DNA from: Octopus vulgaris
Lineage: Eukaryota
NCBI GenBank assembly: GCA_951406725.2
Contig: OX597839.1
Span: 13,330,001-13,394,000, forward strand
DNA length: 64,000 nucleotides
Direction of reading: 5' to 3'
In this document: in pieces, positions 12,821-26,269 of the stretch
Layout of the letters: each line of letters opens with the position of its first letter
Numbering within the stretch: the stretch's first letter is position 1
The notes under the pieces: generated by a model
Seen by the model: only the letters and a program-made list of their open reading frames with translations
Database searches by the model: none
What the model was told of the DNA's origin: nothing
Made by a program: the position numbers and the translations under genes

Positions 12821-14717
12821 CATACATACACACCCTTAACTGTTGATGATCAATTGTTATTTGTACTGAGTTTTAACTCGTAACATCTTTATTCTCTTTT
12901 GTATTTGAAAGAAATGGTTATAGATTGTTCAGTGGAGAAATGTCTGAAAGCTTAATCTTCAAAAGGATTAAGGAGACGTCTGGAGGAAATTAACAGACAT
13001 TATTGCTTAGAGACGAGAATAATGAATCACAAGACCCATTCTTCAATAATGGGACAAAGCTAAGAATATATTGTTATAAATTTGTAATGTGGGCAAGGTG
13101 GGGTATAATAGATGGAATTGTTACTAATATATGAGTGGTATTTATTATATGAAGATTTCTGGCATCACCCCAGACAACCAAGAGGAGAAGGCCCTGCGGT
13201 GCAATGAATAGTTCCAATCACTGAAGTTCATAATTCCAGCCATTGAGGAGAAACAGAGAGAACACACAAGAGCTCATGAGGGGCACCCCTTCTCTGTTGC
13301 ATTCATGTAGCTTCACATGTGGTAGTTGTCATCACTGCAGCAGATCAGAAGCAGGCCTTGTAGCACACATGTGAGCCTGCCAAAGATGGTTGCTGAACAG
13401 GAACAATGTTAACCTATGACAGACATCAAAAGAATATATATATATATATATATATTTCTTTATTGCCCACAAGGGGCTAAACATAGAGAGGACAAACAAG
13501 GAGAGACAAACGGATTAAGTCGATTACATCGACCCCAGTGCGAAACTGATACTTTATTTATTGACCTCGAAAGGATGAAAGGCAAATTACTTATTATTAT
13601 ATATTGATTATTCATTTTTATACTTTTTGTGATCTAGTTATATGTTTTAAAAATATATATATATATATATATTTTTTTTAAATTTATGATTTGGTTTATG
13701 TCTATCATTGTTTGAATTGCATAATAGTGGTTTTTCTCTAGTTTATATATATTATATATTTATATTGTGAAATTTGATTTAATACTAAATTGAATTTTTC
13801 CCTGTAAGTTTGGAGTTATACTCCCTAATATTATATATTAGTCATATGATATAGTGTATATAGTGTATATTTAAACACATAAGGAATCCACTAATAGGGA
13901 TTCTACACGCTATAAAGAACAGCTAGGTTATAGAACCTAGCTATTCTTTCTAACATGTAGAATCCCTATAAGTCGATTCCTCATGTGTTTAAATATACTC
14001 TATATCGTATGTATATATATATATATATATATCATCATCATCATCATCGTTTAACGTCCGTTTTCCGCGCTAGCACGGGTTGGACGGTTTCGACCGGGGT
14101 CTGGGGAGCTCGGGACAGCCCCAGGCTCCAGTCTAGTCTGGCAGTGTTTCTACAGCTGGATGCCCTTCCTAACGCCAACCACTCCGCGAGTGTAGTGGGT
14201 GTTTTTTACGTGCCACCTGCACAGGTGCCAGAGGGGTCTGGCATCGGCCACGTTCGGATGGTGCTTTTTATGGGGGGGGGGGGGGGCAGAAATATAGGGG
14301 AGCATCAGTGGGGAGGGGTAGTTCAGAGAAATGATGACAGGTTCTAGGCAAGTAGAACGTAGGATATCGAGAGAGGGGTAATGCATGGTGAAATAGCGTA
14401 TTGAAGAGGGGGGGGGTTCGAAGAGTAGACACCTATAATGGTGGTGGGAGAAGCGACATCCGGTATAGATGGAGCAAAAATATAGATATCCGGTATTGGT
14501 GGTGGGGGTGGGTAGGGCGGGTGCTCCGCAAAGATACGAATGTTGATTACATACGAGGACAAGAGGAGAAATGAAATGAAATGAATAAGATTAGATAAGA
14601 TAGACAGATAGAGAAATTTGATAAAATTAGATAAGAACATGAATGGTCAGTAAAGAATTGAAAATAGCAATTCAAACACCTATCTTGCTCGCGCTCGGAA
14701 TTCACAGCTTGTAGATG

Positions 14718-14751
<34 letters not shown>

Positions 14752-16149
14752 CACATGTGTATTAGAGAGGAAAGACTTCAAGATGGCGCGAAGATACGAA
14801 TGTTGATTACATACGAGGACAAGAGGAGAAATGAAATGAAATGAATAAGATTAGATAAGATAGACAGATAGATATATATATATATATATATATGACTAAT
14901 CACACATGCATACATATGTTTGTGTGTATGTAAGTGTATGTTTGTGTTTCCTTGTCTTGACATCTCATGATTGTTATTAATGAATATCATTCATTTCCAA
15001 TATTCTGCATAACAATGTCCGGTAGGGGGGAAATATTACTTTGTTTGGAAACAGGTAAAGATTGGTGACAGGAAGGGCATTTGGCCATAGAAAAACCTAC
15101 CTCCATAAATTCCACCTGACCCAAGCAAACATGGAAATGTGAAAGTTAAAACCATACTCTTTTACTTGTTTCAGTCATGTGACTGTGGCCATACTGGAGC
15201 ACCGCCTTTAGTCGATCAAATCGAACCCAGGACTTATTCTTTGTAAGCCTAGTACTTATTTTATCGGTCTCTTTTTTACCGAACCGCTAAGTTACGAGGA
15301 CGTAAACACACCAGCATTGGTTGTCAAGCGATGTTAGGGGGACAAACACAAACACGCACATACATATATATATATATATATATCATATATACAATGGGCT
15401 TCTTTCAGTTTCCGTCTACAAATCCACTCACAAGGCTTTGGTCGGCCCGAGGCTATAGTAGAAGAAACTAGCCCAAGGTGCCATGCAATGGGACTGAACC
15501 TGGAACCATGTGGTTGGTGAGCAAGCTACTTACCACACAGCCACTCCAACGCCTATGATGATAATGATAAACAATTTACAGTTCAATGTCATAAAGAGCA
15601 CTTACAGCATATACATGATTGTCTATCTGTTCAAATACTTTAGGACTGTCGTAGAGATGTGACTTCCGAAATTCAGGAGGTCTGGGACTAGGCGGCCGGG
15701 TCAAATCAACTCCTTCTTCCTCACTTCCTTCCCCGGAATCTGACTTTTTATCCTTCAAATAAAATAGAATTTATATAATTATATATAATATATATATAAG
15801 CACACAATAAATCAACAATCTCTCACAAACATACAAATAATGAAATCACCAAGATGAAAATTAAGGTCACCAAAATGAAAACTGAGAGTCAAACATAACG
15901 GTTGTTCCTGATGTCATTGGAGCATTGGGTTCAATACAACCCAACCTGAAGAAACATATGGACACTTTAGAAATACCCTAAAATCTTGATGCATGGTAAA
16001 AATCAGCTTTACTCGGAACTGGACGCATACTGCCTAAAGTACTGTCTGTTTGAGATCCTTTTTGTGACTTGACGGCAAGTACACATCTCTGGTACACACA
16101 ATATCTTCAATCCACAAAATCACAATATTGGATACTGTGCAACGTCTTC

Positions 16150-16187
<38 letters not shown>

Positions 16188-18410
16188 TAATAGAGAATAG
16201 GAAGCCAGACATAGTCTTAATTGAGAAAGAAAACAAACTATGCTGGATCATAGCTATAGCATGCCCAGCTGACAACAAGGTATGCAATAAGGGAGAAAGA
16301 ATGCAAAGACGGACATAATGCCATTGAGCATTTTGTGTGACGTAATAATAATAATAATCTTTTCTACTAAAGGCACAAAGCATGAAATTTTAGGGGAGAG
16401 GACAAGTCAATTACATTGACCCCAGAAGTTCATTGGTACTTAATTTATCAACCCCGAAAAGTGAGAGGCAAATCAACCTTGTCAGAATTTGAACTCAGAA
16501 CATAAAGACAGACGAAATACCACTAAGCATTTTGTCCAACATGCTAATAATTCTTCCAGCTCACTACCTTAATAATAATAATAATAATAATAATAATCCT
16601 TTCTACTATAGGCACAAGGCCCGAGATTTGGGGGGAGAGGACTAGTCGATTACATTGATCCTAGTGCTCAGCTGGTACTTTTTTCATCGACCCTCAAAGG
16701 ATGATAAGCAAAGTCGACCTCAGTAGAATTTGAACTCAATACACAGTGACGGGTGAAATACCATTAAGTATTGGGTTGTCCGGAAAGTTCGTGCCAAATT
16801 TTAAAGGAAAGAAAAAGCTCAATAAATACTTGCCATTACATTTTTAATCAACCAAATATGAACCATTTTGTTGCACAATGCGTCTCCATCTTACCTTTAA
16901 CTTGAAAATAACCTCTTCCCAGAATTGAGGTGGTTTCATGGCAAAGAATTCATCAAGGTATCTTTTTATGTCATCCAAGTAATTGAGATTTTTACCATTA
17001 AGACTATTCTGCAGAGACCTGAATAAGTGGAAATCTGAAGGAGCAGTATCTGGTGAATATGGAGGGTGGGGTAACACATCCCAGCCAAGCTGCAGCAATT
17101 TTTGTCTGGTTCCCAAAGCATCAATACCGAAAATGAACTATCTTATCTTCCATTTTAAATGGTTACAGAATTAACACAGGTTATAGGAACATAAACCTTC
17201 TTCCATGAAAAGATAGCTTAAACTATGCTCTCAATGGAGGTGTAGTCAAATCCTATTTTATGGACTCAACCATGTTCTAAAATAAGTCGAAAGGTAAGCT
17301 ACTATAAATCGGCATGAACTTTCCGGACAACCCAATATTTCGTCCAGTGTGCTAACGATTCTGCCAGCTCACCACTGTAATAATAATAACAATAATAATA
17401 ATAAGAAGAAGAATTATAATGATTGTTTCAGATTTAGGCAGTGGACCAGTAGTTACTGAGAAGAGAGGAAGCTGATACATCAGCCCCAGTACATGACTGG
17501 TACTTATTTTATCAACCCTGAGAAAATCAAAGGCAAAGTTGACCTCTGCAGCATTTGAACTCAGAACAAAAAGAAATAGGATACCTATTTTAAAATCCAA
17601 TGCTCTAATGATTCTGACGATGATTTCTATCCCTGGCACAAAGCCACATAGATGGGTATTGTTGATAAATCAGGGCCAATGATAAAAGGTTGTATCAAGT
17701 ACTGAAAATCATTTTATGTGAATCATCATAATGATAATAATAGTAATAGCAATAAAAAAGAAAAATGATGAAAAATAGTAATAACAGTAATGATGATAAT
17801 ATGGTGATGATAACATTAATAACAACAACAACAACAATTCCTAAATTTGACTAAAGCCACAAATACGATTGTGTATAGCAATCTTTTTATTTGTGGGTAC
17901 ATTTTTTTAATCAACCCTTTATCAAATTGTCACATTGCCATATCATATATATATGTACATACATACATACATACATACATACATACACACATACATACAC
18001 ACATATATATACATATACATACATTATATAATGTATGTATATGTGTCTGTATGTGTATATATATATATGTATAAACACATACATACATATATTATATATA
18101 TATATATACATACATACATATATATATATATACATACATGCACATACATATATATTTATGTATATATATATTTATATATATATCCATGTATGTATATACA
18201 CACTCATATATGTACATACATTTTTATTAATGTTTAGCAGAAGCAACAGAGTGACTCAAGGGCTGAGAGTATCATGTGTTGGCACTTATCAAACTAGTTA
18301 CATATATATACACATACACATATGTATGTATGCATAAATATGTAAATGTATTTATATATATATTATATACATATGTAACAAGTCTATATGTATGTGTATG
18401 CCTATATATA

Positions 18411-18462
<52 letters not shown>

Positions 18463-21400
18463 ACTATACACACTCACACAGATGGAGCTGCTATAAGATT
18501 CTCTACAGCCAACATTTACACACATACCACATGATTCTTGATGAGAACCTATAGTCAGAACAATAAATCGCGTTGCTTAGCAACAATGTCTTTGAGCATG
18601 GAAGCAAGACTAGTTCCGGTCTGCGACTGGAATGTAATTTCAACCATTTGTTTGGTGCCATCATGCCAGCGTGCCAAAGTCTAGCAGACTGGCTTTCAGC
18701 TGCTCTGAATCACTAGCCGCCGACATCACCGTCATCCAATCTTCGCATCATGGCTAATAGTTGCACCTGCTGACAGCTCAGTTAATCATCCAATCAGCTA
18801 TTTGAGATTATGTAGAAACAGGTAGGTTGGAGATGAGAAGGCAAGAGAAAGAGAGATGGGGGGGATGGGGACGGAAAGGAAGGGGTGCGTGTTTGAGGAG
18901 AGGAATGGAAGATAATTCAAGAATCCTCACTACGTGCTCTCAGACAGCCTGGTCTTTGTGAAAGTCTGTCAAGAGAACAAAAAAAGACTGGATAAAGGAA
19001 ATAAGTACTTCCTTTAATAAGTCGCAGGGGCCAATTTCCAAAGGCTAAGGTGAAAATTTAATTAAATGATCCCTTCCTTACTACCGTCCCCAACTATACT
19101 CTCACTATATCACAGGGTCTAATTGTATCACCAATGAAGGTGCATAGCTCAGTGGTTAGAGCATCTGGCTCACAAACATGAGGTAGTGAGTTCAATTCCT
19201 GGACCTAGCTGTGTGTTGTGTTCATAAGCAAGATATTTTATTTCACTTTGCTCCAGTTCACTCAGCTGTAGAAATGGTTAGTGATGTCACTAGTGCCAAG
19301 CTGTATTGGCCTTTGCCTTTCCCTTGGATGACATCAGCGGCATGGAGAGGGAGGCTGGTATGCATGAGCGACTGTTGGTCTTCCATAAACAACCTTGTTT
19401 CTAGGTGCAATCCCATGGTCACTTTTGACTGAAAGACGTCTTTACTCTTTACCCTTACTCTTTTAATTGTATCAAAGAAAAGAGAAAGGTGTTGATTGTA
19501 ATGGAAAAGTTAGGTTCCAGAAGCATTTCAACTTAGAAAAGCCTAAGGTGCCATGCAATGGGAGTGAAACTGCAACCATGTGTTTGAAGTGTATGTTTAT
19601 ATTCTCTTTTTTTTTTTCTCTTTTACTTGTTTCAGTCATTTGACTGTGGCCATGCTGTGAAAACATGTTCGACTAATGGGGGAAATATTTCCTTGCTTGG
19701 AAACAGGTGAAGGTCGGGACAGGGATGGTCAACCTTTGCAACTACAGAAGAGTGGGTGTAAAATGATGGTAGTGATGAGAGTGGTAATGGTAAAAGAGGT
19801 CGTGATGATGATGACAGTGGTGGTAGTGGTGATGATGGTGATGAGAGTAGTGATGATGATGATGATAGTGATAACAGTGGTGCTGGTGGTGATGGTGATG
19901 ATGATGATGATGATGATGCAGGTTTTGATTGATTGATTGATTCTAGTTTCAGCTTATGAGCTGTGGCCATGCTGGGGCACCGCCATTTAGGTGATAATAA
20001 TAATGAGAGTAGCAATGATGATGGTAGTGGTGGTGGTGATGGCTGTGGTGATGATGATGATGATGATGAAGCAATGACAATGGTGATGATGATGGCAGTG
20101 ATGGATATGGTAGTGATCATGATGGTAATGTTAGTGATGGTGGTTGTGGTGGTGGTGATGGGAGTGGTAATGTTGATGATGGTAGTGGTGGTGCTGGTGA
20201 TGGTGGTGATGATGATGATGATAACGATGATGGTGACTAATGATAGTGATGAGAGTAGTAATGATGATGACAACGATAGTGATGGTGACGATAACGGTGA
20301 TAGTAGTGGTGCTAGTGATGATGACAGTGTAAATAAATGATGTGAAGTCACTTCACTGCATCCCTAGGCTACATCACCCACAACAACAACAACAACAAGA
20401 AAATGACAAAAGTCTCCATAACACACACCTGTTTCAAAGACAGTTTCTCTGTGATTAACGCCAACATTTGTTGACTGTGTTTATCAATAAGTTGTGCCAC
20501 CTGAGCTCTTTCCTCACTCGTCATCGTTTCTAACAAGTCTTTCATCATTGATTGTTTTTTCATGCTATATTCCTCTTCGAGTTTCTTCGTCTCCTCCTCT
20601 AGCCTGCTTTGTGACGAATTCTGCGAGACGATTCTCTCGAATCCGTTCACCAATTCCATCACCGATTTCTCCTTCTCCTGCTGTAAATCTGCTTCCAGTT
20701 TCTTGATTTTCTTCTCTCGGTTGCGCCTGAAAGTGCTGTAGAGAAGGTCTTCCTCCACCTTCTGAATCTGTTCCAGGTCATTTTGGGCTGCGAAAACACC
20801 AGATCTTTCAAAGTCCTGTCAGAAAAGATCAAACATAAAACATGTCAGTATGCATATCAATATCAATACACACACATGCAGCCAGCCAGCCAAGCAACCA
20901 ACAAACCAACCAACCAACCAACCAACCAACCAACAAACCAACCAACCAACCAACCAACCAACCAACCAACCAACCAACCAACCAACCAACCAACCAACCA
21001 ACCAACCAACCAACCAACCAACCAACCAACCAACCAACCAACCAAACCAACAAACCAACCAACCAACCAACCAACCAACCAACCAACCAACCAACCAACA
21101 AACCAACCAACAAACCAACCAACCAACCAACAAATCAACCAACCAACCAACCAACCAACCAACCAACCAACCAAACAAACCAACCAAGCAACCAACAAAC
21201 CAACCAACCAACCAACCAACCAACCAACCGACCGACCGGCCAGCCAGCCAGCGTCCTACCTTCTTTCCTACTCACTAAAATCTAAGTCCTTACTAAATTT
21301 ATTTTGAGACCTCTCCATTCTTGGCTTTGCTTCCATGTCTGGAGTTTCTTCTCTAATTTTACAATAGATTCAGCTATAAAAGCTAAATCATGAGCATATA

Positions 21401-23307
21401 GATAATCTTAAATTCCTTTAAGATAGCCAGTAAGACCTTGATGAATAGGAAAGGACTAAACACTGAGCCTTGGTAGACCCCTGCCATCTCTCACTTAACT
21501 GACCACATCTTTATACATGCACGTGCGTGCACACACACACACACACATGTGACACCTACATCATCATCATTATCGTTTAACGTCCACTTTCCATGCTAGC
21601 ATGGGTTGGACGATTTTGACTGAGCGCTGGCAAACCAGATGGCTTCACCAGTCTCCAATCTTGATCTGGCAGAGTTTCTACAGCTGGATGCCCTTCCTAA
21701 CGCCAACCACTCCGAGAGCGTAGTGGGTGCTTTTTACATGCCACCGGCACAGGAGCCAGTCAGGCAGTACTGGCAATGACCTCGCTCGAATCTTTTTACA
21801 CGTGCCAGTGAAGCGACATTGGTAACGATCACACTCAAACGGTGCCCTTTTATGTGCCACGGGTACGGAAGCCAGTTGGCTGCTCTGGCAACGATCACGA
21901 TCGGATGGTGCTCTTGGCACCCTACTAGCACAGGCATAAGTGCCAGTAAGGCGACGCTGGTAATGATCATACACGAATAGCCACTCTGTCAACGATCACA
22001 CTCTTACATGAATGTGAAAAATTTTATTTTTCAAGAAGAACGAGAGAAGGGAGAGAGAGAGAGAGAGAAAGAAAATTGGAAAACAGAATTGTGTGTGTGT
22101 ATGTGTGTGTGAGAGGTAATCTTTTGAAGGCATGGTCACAGAGTTCAATAGAAACACTTCAAAAAAGTATGAAGCTTAAAATTATTCATTACAATGAATT
22201 GTAACGAATAGTATGTCACACTATGTAAATATCTATGTATAAAACAAAAAACTCTCTGCATTTTATTAATATATTAGCATTTTCAATACATTTAAGTAAG
22301 ATATGTTTGTCTATCTGATCTCTCAATCAAACAATCTGAGTTTGTCTATCTCTCTATCTACTTGTCTGATAATCTGTCACTTGTCCCTCTTTCTCTTTAT
22401 CTATCTATCTTTCTGTCTCTCTGTCAGTCTGTATGCATGTCTGCCTGTCTTTTTGTCTATCTTTTAGTCTGTCTGTCTGTCTTTCTGTCTATTTAGTTTT
22501 CTGTCTCTGTCTGTCTGTGTCTGTGGGTGCATGTTTGTTACATATATATGCTGTAAATCCTCAAGTATAATCCGCATTTTTTCCCCAAAATTTAAAGGTC
22601 AAAATCCCTAGTGCGTTAAAAATGAAAAATATTTTCTAAGCAATGTCCGAGTCTCTATTTGCTGTCCGGCAATGTTTATTCAGACGCATTTTGTGATGTC
22701 GGGCGAGAAAATACCTTAAGCTAAGCCTGAAGCAATGAAGTCATAAAAGAATCATCCATAACTTGCAGTAAGCAACATTTATTAAACGTTATTACTGTTA
22801 TTTCTTTATTTTCTGCAAACAAAATGCACAAAAAAGCTACACGTTTGCATTATGTTATATATACAATAATAATAAAGGACATTACCATATACATTCTTGC
22901 AAACCAAGGATGCTATAGACCTCCTTGACTCAAGTTAGAGAAGGGGTGCATATTATACACAAGGTTTAGGTTTTTCAGAGGTACAGCCCCCTAAAAATCC
23001 CCTGCATATTATACTCAAGGGTGGACTATACTCGAGGATTTACGGTATATATACACATATACACATACAGATGTTACAAACACATGTTAAAGAAACCACA
23101 ACAGTTTCACAGAGTCTGAATTAATAAAATACTCTCATGTAATACTTCTTAAACAGATGTACAACAATCATTGAAGATGTTTGAAAAGGCCATAAGTACC
23201 TTGTATGTTGCAAAGGGTCTAGATTGTACATTGAGGTCCCGGTGATGACAAAACTCCAGGGCGTTGGCATCATATTCCCAGCCAGGGTTGTAGATGCTAC
23301 CTCGTAT
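8539..23307 (-). CDS. Hillarin/KY-like protein (coiled coil + transglutaminase-like domain + C-terminal Ig-like repeats); spliced gene span, six confident coding exons, 5' end unresolved
   Basis: Exons 23307-23200, 20815-20429, 15752-15606, 12090-12008, 11621-11478 and 9895-8539 all have AG/GT boundaries and matching phases (0,0,0,2,2). They total 2226 nt = 741 aa + TAA. Motifs [74 protein letters not shown] match hillarin/KY. Confidence 0.9.
10070..10370 (+). mobile_element. tRNA-derived SINE family B (reverse copy at 58700-58996)
   Basis: A box tggcttagtgg, B box ggttcgaatct; near-identical inverse copy elsewhere in the window. Confidence 0.8.
11478..11621 (-). CDS. Hillarin-like gene, internal exon ([11 protein letters not shown]...FKRLG)
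   Basis: Acceptor tccttacag, donor AG|gtaagg, 144 nt, phase 2-2. Confidence 0.9.
12008..12090 (-). CDS. Hillarin-like gene, internal exon ([16 protein letters not shown]...ELEKT)
   Basis: Acceptor tcttttgaag, donor CG|gtaagt, 83 nt, phase 0-2. Confidence 0.88.
12395..12742 (+). mobile_element. SINE family D with RTE-like (GAT)n tail (other copies ~14030-14270-, 21560-22010-, 32005-32157+, 47500-47990-)
   Basis: Shared ggttggc(g/a)ttaggaagggcatccagctgtag...gcatggaaagc...gttaaacgatgatg block. Confidence 0.75.
13858..14005. repeat. ~150-bp fold-back palindrome next to TA repeats
   Basis: tatatttaaacacat...agctaggtt / aacctagct...atgtgtttaaatata. Confidence 0.75.
15156..15554 (-). mobile_element. 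SINE family A, full-length copy
   Basis: Reverse complement of the 44840-45249 copy. Confidence 0.85.
15606..15752 (-). CDS. Hillarin-like gene, internal exon (DKKSDSGE...[11 protein letters not shown]...IDNHVYA)
   Basis: Acceptor ttttatttgaag, donor GCT|gtaagt, 147 nt, phase 0-0; proline-rich linker preceding the TGase-like domain. Confidence 0.87.
15850..16330 (+). mobile_element. R4/Dong-like non-LTR retrotransposon fragments (restriction-like endonuclease region)
   Basis: [11 protein letters not shown]...[15 protein letters not shown] (~15900-16050) and [26 protein letters not shown] (~16196-16275); stop codons in the first fragment. Confidence 0.65.
16771..17335 (-). mobile_element. 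Internally deleted mariner element inserted in a family C SINE
   Basis: TA|TTGGGTTGTCCGGAAAGTTC...GAACTTTCCGGACAACCCAA|TA; [16 protein letters not shown] motif; N-terminus MEDKIVHFR at 17153. Confidence 0.92.
19760..20330. repeat. Degenerate (GAT/GGT)n trinucleotide repeat
   Basis: Directly visible; source of the poly-M/V/D/S ORFs. Confidence 0.9.
20429..20815 (-). CDS. Hillarin-like gene, coiled-coil exon ([15 protein letters not shown]...LSLKQ)
   Basis: Acceptor cttttctgacag, donor CAG|gtgtgt, 387 nt open, E/K/Q-rich helical sequence. Confidence 0.88.
20879..21250. repeat. (CCAA)n tetranucleotide microsatellite
   Basis: Directly visible; source of the QPTN/VGWL ORFs. Confidence 0.96.
22551..23045. 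mobile_element. pogo/Tc2-type MITE
   Basis: TIRs ctgtaaatcctcaagtataatcc / ggactatactcgaggatttacgg, followed by TA on the right. Confidence 0.75.
23200..23307 (-). CDS. Hillarin-like gene, exon [19 protein letters not shown]...FATYK (not in ORF track)
   Basis: Acceptor tctatcatttcag, donor AAG|gtactt, 108 nt open, phase 0-0, joins the coiled-coil exon in frame. Confidence 0.78.
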
Positions 23308-24269
23308 CTGAAATGATAGAATAAGTTGAAGGTTTAGTATTTTTGTTTCTCTGGAAAGATTTACAACTGTATAACTATATTGTTAGGGTAGGGGAACCAC
23401 TGACCATGTTCAAAGCCAATTGATACACACAAACACACACACACACATGCACACACACACACACACACACACACTTGTATATAAAGCTGCTCTTCAGTCT
23501 GAAGCTCAGATGAGAAGCTATAGGGCAGTGGTTCTCCACCAGGGTCCACATGGACCTTGAGGGCCCATATAAGATTTTGGGGGTCCACACAGCAAAATAG
23601 TAAATTGGGAAGCCACAACAGTATTTGTTGTTTTAAGGGTCTCTGGAAAAATTTTGCTTAAGATGTATATTTTGGTTAGAGAAATAGCTACACTTCTTTC
23701 TATAACATTTTACATAATTCAACCTTCACAAGGTGATGGGTGAAAAATAAGATAGTAGTTTTGAAAGAGGTTTCCACCAGAATAAAGTAGTAATGAAAAG
23801 GATCCATAGATAGAAAATGGTTGAGAATCTGAAGAAATTTTGCTTTAGATGTATGTATTAGTATGTATTGCAAGAAACAGCTAGGTTTCTTTCTCATAGT
23901 TCAATGTGTGAAAAACAAAATAGGAATTTTGAAAGACGTTTCTATAAAACTAGTTTTTAAACATTGAATGGTTATGGGGATCAACCATATACCATTTGTA
24001 CATAGACACACACGCCATTTATACATAGACACACATGCACATACCTGTATATATACAGAAACACACACACACACACATATACAGAAGAGACACAACATAC
24101 ACACATATATATTTACACATATATTCATACACATACATACATAAACACACACACATATACACAGACATATACCATTTATACGTAGACACACATGCACATA
24201 CACGTATATATACAGAAACACATGCACACACATATATATACAGAAGAGTCACAACATACACACACGTAT

Positions 24270-24302
<33 letters not shown>

Positions 24303-24854
24303 CCCAGACATATACTATTTATGCATAGACACACATGCACATACACGTATATACACAGAAACACACACACATACATATATACAGGAGAGACACAACATAA
24401 ACACACACACACACACACATATATATTTACACATATATTCATACACATGCATACATAAACACACACACACACACACAAGGGACTATCCCATCAAGAACAA
24501 TGCATAACTGCTCTGTAAAATATAAAAGCAAAAAAAAAACACAAAGACATTTGTGTTGCCACTGCACAACTTGAGTAAATGACATTTTAGACAAAGTAAG
24601 TTTGTGTGGCCCCCCATCCCAGTCTCTCCCTTTCTAATGGTATGAGCTAAATTGGTACACAGTGTTTCCACCGATGCCAGACACAACAGAACACATGCTA
24701 GGACAGCAGGGATGCAAAACCGAAACAAAAAGATGGTGATCTATCTTAACCATCACAGTCTGTGTCACAGGTGCAGTCACCCTTGACGAAGTCTGTCTAA
24801 TAATGGTAAACATATGCCTCAGTGAATGACAGACACGAACTGGAATACACACAA

Positions 24855-24889
<35 letters not shown>

Positions 24890-24920
24890 TTATATACACT
24901 GATAACATCCGTCAACCTAC

Positions 24921-24951
24921 ACTTGATATTTTATCTGATGCTTCACCGATT
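24921..24951 (-). CDS. Candidate 31-nt microexon of the hillarin-like gene (IGEASDKISS)
   Basis: cattgccag|A ATC GGT...AGT|gtaggt; phase 2-0 bridges the candidate first exon and the 23307 exon; small unique island between microsatellites. Confidence 0.4.
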
Positions 24952-25029
24952 CTGGCAATGATGATGATGATCAGGAAAATAGCAAAAATAATGATGATGA
25001 TGATAATAATAATGATAATAATAATGATG

Positions 25030-25072
<43 letters not shown>

Positions 25073-25777
25073 TGATGATGATGATGATGATTTCAAATTT
25101 TGGCACAAGGCCAGCAATTACATTGACCCCAGTGCTGGACTGGTACTTTATTTTATTGGCCCAAAAGGATGAAAGGCAAAGTCGACCACAGGGGAATTTG
25201 AACTCAGAACGCAAAGATGGATGAAATGCCATTTAGCATTTCGCCCAGCATGCTAATGATTCAGCCATCTCACCCCATTTCTACTATAGACACACCGCCT
25301 GAAATTGAGAGGAGGGGGCTAGTTGATTACATTGATTCCAGTGCATAACTGGTACTTCTTTCATTGACCCTGAAAAGATGAAAAGCAAAGTTGACCTCAG
25401 CGGAATTTGAACGCATGTAAACATGTAAAGCATTTTGCCTGGTGAGCCAATGATTTGCCTCATTTAATAATAATAATAATAATAATAATTTGTTTATTGG
25501 CCACAAGGGCTAACAAAAATCAATTAAAACATAAAGGGACAAAACACAGGACGAAAGTTACAAAGGGTTTTGTCCGTTTGAAAAAAGGTCCGTGTATAAA
25601 AGCAGGATAACAACGAAATGTAAGTAACAATTAAAACTCCCAATAGGGGGAGGCGCTTTGAAAGGTTACCTGTGGAAATACCCATAAAAGCCATGGGAGC
25701 CTGGTCTAAAGTGGGGTAGTGAGCCCCTTTCTCCTTTTATATTTCCTTTTAATAATAATAATAATGATAATAACAAC

Positions 25778-26161
25778 AACAAGAGCACTTAGAGAGTGCA
25801 AACCTCCACCAAGGCAACATCAATGTCCTTTCAACGATTAGCCAGGGATGATTTTTAAAATGACAATATCTGAAATAAACTCGACTGCTCTCACAAACGA
25901 GAATACTAAAGATAAACCGACTGCTCTCAAAAATTAAATAAAGAAACCGGAAAAATAATCCAGAATCCTTGTCCGGTACTGGATCAATCTCAAAATCTAA
26001 TCAGTTTGTGCCAGTCATGAGGCCAAACATCCCTGAAAGTTTCATCAGAATCCATCCAGCGGTTCTTGAGATATCCAGCAGTTCTTGAGATATCTTGTCC
26101 ACAGACAGACAAACAAACATGACTAAAAACAATATCTCCGCCTTTGCTAATGTGGAGGAAA
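25778..26161 (-). mobile_element. Helentron/DINE-like non-autonomous element
   Basis: Subterminal cctccac/ggcggag inverted repeats, gtctgtct tract, terminal hairpin gcactctctaagtgc. Confidence 0.55.
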
Positions 26162-26269
26162 TTATAATGGTTTCAAATTTTGGCACAAGGCCAGCAATTT
26201 CAGTTTCAACAAGTAAATGATAAAAAATATTATGAAAGATGCAAAAAAAAAGGAAAAAGTTGAAGTCAC

